A stretch of DNA of 63,721 nucleotides, the filler included, from Atractiella rhizophila (taxonomy: Eukaryota), in NCBI GenBank assembly GCA_021432655.1. It is 5 parts of 5 records of this genome, joined end to end, with 100 filler letters (N's around TTAATTAATTAA, not from the genome) between each part and the next. Parts side by side here need not be neighbours in the genome. Positions count along the whole stretch, not along the records: positions 59,759 to 63,721 come from MU271469.1; 4 more parts are not named here. One strand, 5' to 3'. The notes under the pieces were generated by a model. The model had not been told where the DNA came from and searched no databases. It saw only the letters and a list, made by a program, of their open reading frames with translations. This document shows positions 63,147-63,721 of the stretch, piece after piece. Numbering within the stretch: position 1 is the stretch's first letter; every line of letters starts with the position of its first letter. The translations under genes and the position numbers were made by a program.

Positions 63147-63721
63147 TCAAGGCCTCACTGAATTGAAAAGAAATATATCCCTCGAAATCTTCCGAGACTC
63201 CTTCCGATTCTCTAGTAGCCTGGACGTGGAGAGGAACCCTGCATCAAAAGGGCATATTTGATCAGCGTGATGGTTGACATATTTCATAGTGTGAGGGAGG
63301 ACGAACCCAACGAAAAGCTCAATGACCGTGTTTGCCTCCTTGGCCGACTTCTCCTTCTCCGAATGCGACCGTGTGCGTTTCATAGAGAGAGATTGGGTCC
63401 GTTTGAGGGAGAGAGACTCTTCAGGGATGTCGGTGGAAGATTCTATAGAGAGGATGTGGTCGAGTGGGACCTGGACGGCTGTTATCGTTTCTCCCTAGTA
63501 GACATTAGGTAGAGTCAACCAACACAGTCACAGTGATTAAAGAGGACATACTTCGAGCTCGAGGGGAGGCGCGATTTCCGTCATCTTCTCGGAATGATCC
63601 TTCAATCCAGTTCTACAACAGTTCCACCAGGCGTTGGAGACGTCGTCGGATTCGTGTAGAGGAGTAGAAGCTGCTGAGACGGTTGGAGGCGTGGTCGGGT
63701 AGAAGACAAAGAGCAGTTCAG
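63147..63721 (-). CDS. 3' part of an unidentified multi-exon gene running off the window
   Basis: Open minus-strand frames separated by short GT-AG introns, apparently ending ...RKISRDIFLFNSVRP*. No family was recognised. Confidence 0.45.

Overview
Intron-rich fungal nuclear DNA. The gene families and style suggest a basidiomycete, probably Pucciniomycotina (inference). The window is five contigs joined by artificial 100-nt N-TTAATTAATTAA-N linkers, so adjacency across the linkers is not proven. Contig 1 (1-28734) is densely packed with host genes: CLASP-like, alpha/beta hydrolase, ALG6, METTL16, UGP1, a secreted DPBB/RlpA protein, Rad26/ATRIP-like, an orphan HD1-class homeodomain gene, the mitochondrial NAD+ carrier, an ankyrin protein, PP5/PPT1 and a GT77-like glycosyltransferase. 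Contig 2 (28835-46784) is accessory DNA. Its main feature is a ~13.3 kb segment (~29140-42495) bounded by long, imperfect inverted termini built from a CTCGTACGAAAGGTTAT repeat. Inside lie an F-box-like cargo gene and a divergent pair: a DUF6532-like gene and a Plavaka transposase with a decayed C-terminus. This is a candidate large cargo-carrying Plavaka transposon. Contigs 3-5 hold a small secreted Cys-rich protein, CHO2, an RS/RE-rich protein, partial ERG5 and CCT4. Other oddities are a PP5 catalytic exon overwritten with A without indels, repeated one-base shortfalls in short homopolymers that frameshift conserved genes, and a long, self-complementary intron in the NAD+ carrier gene that could mask its own 3' splice region. 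Exon models were inferred by eye and family calls rest on recalled motifs; no searches were run.
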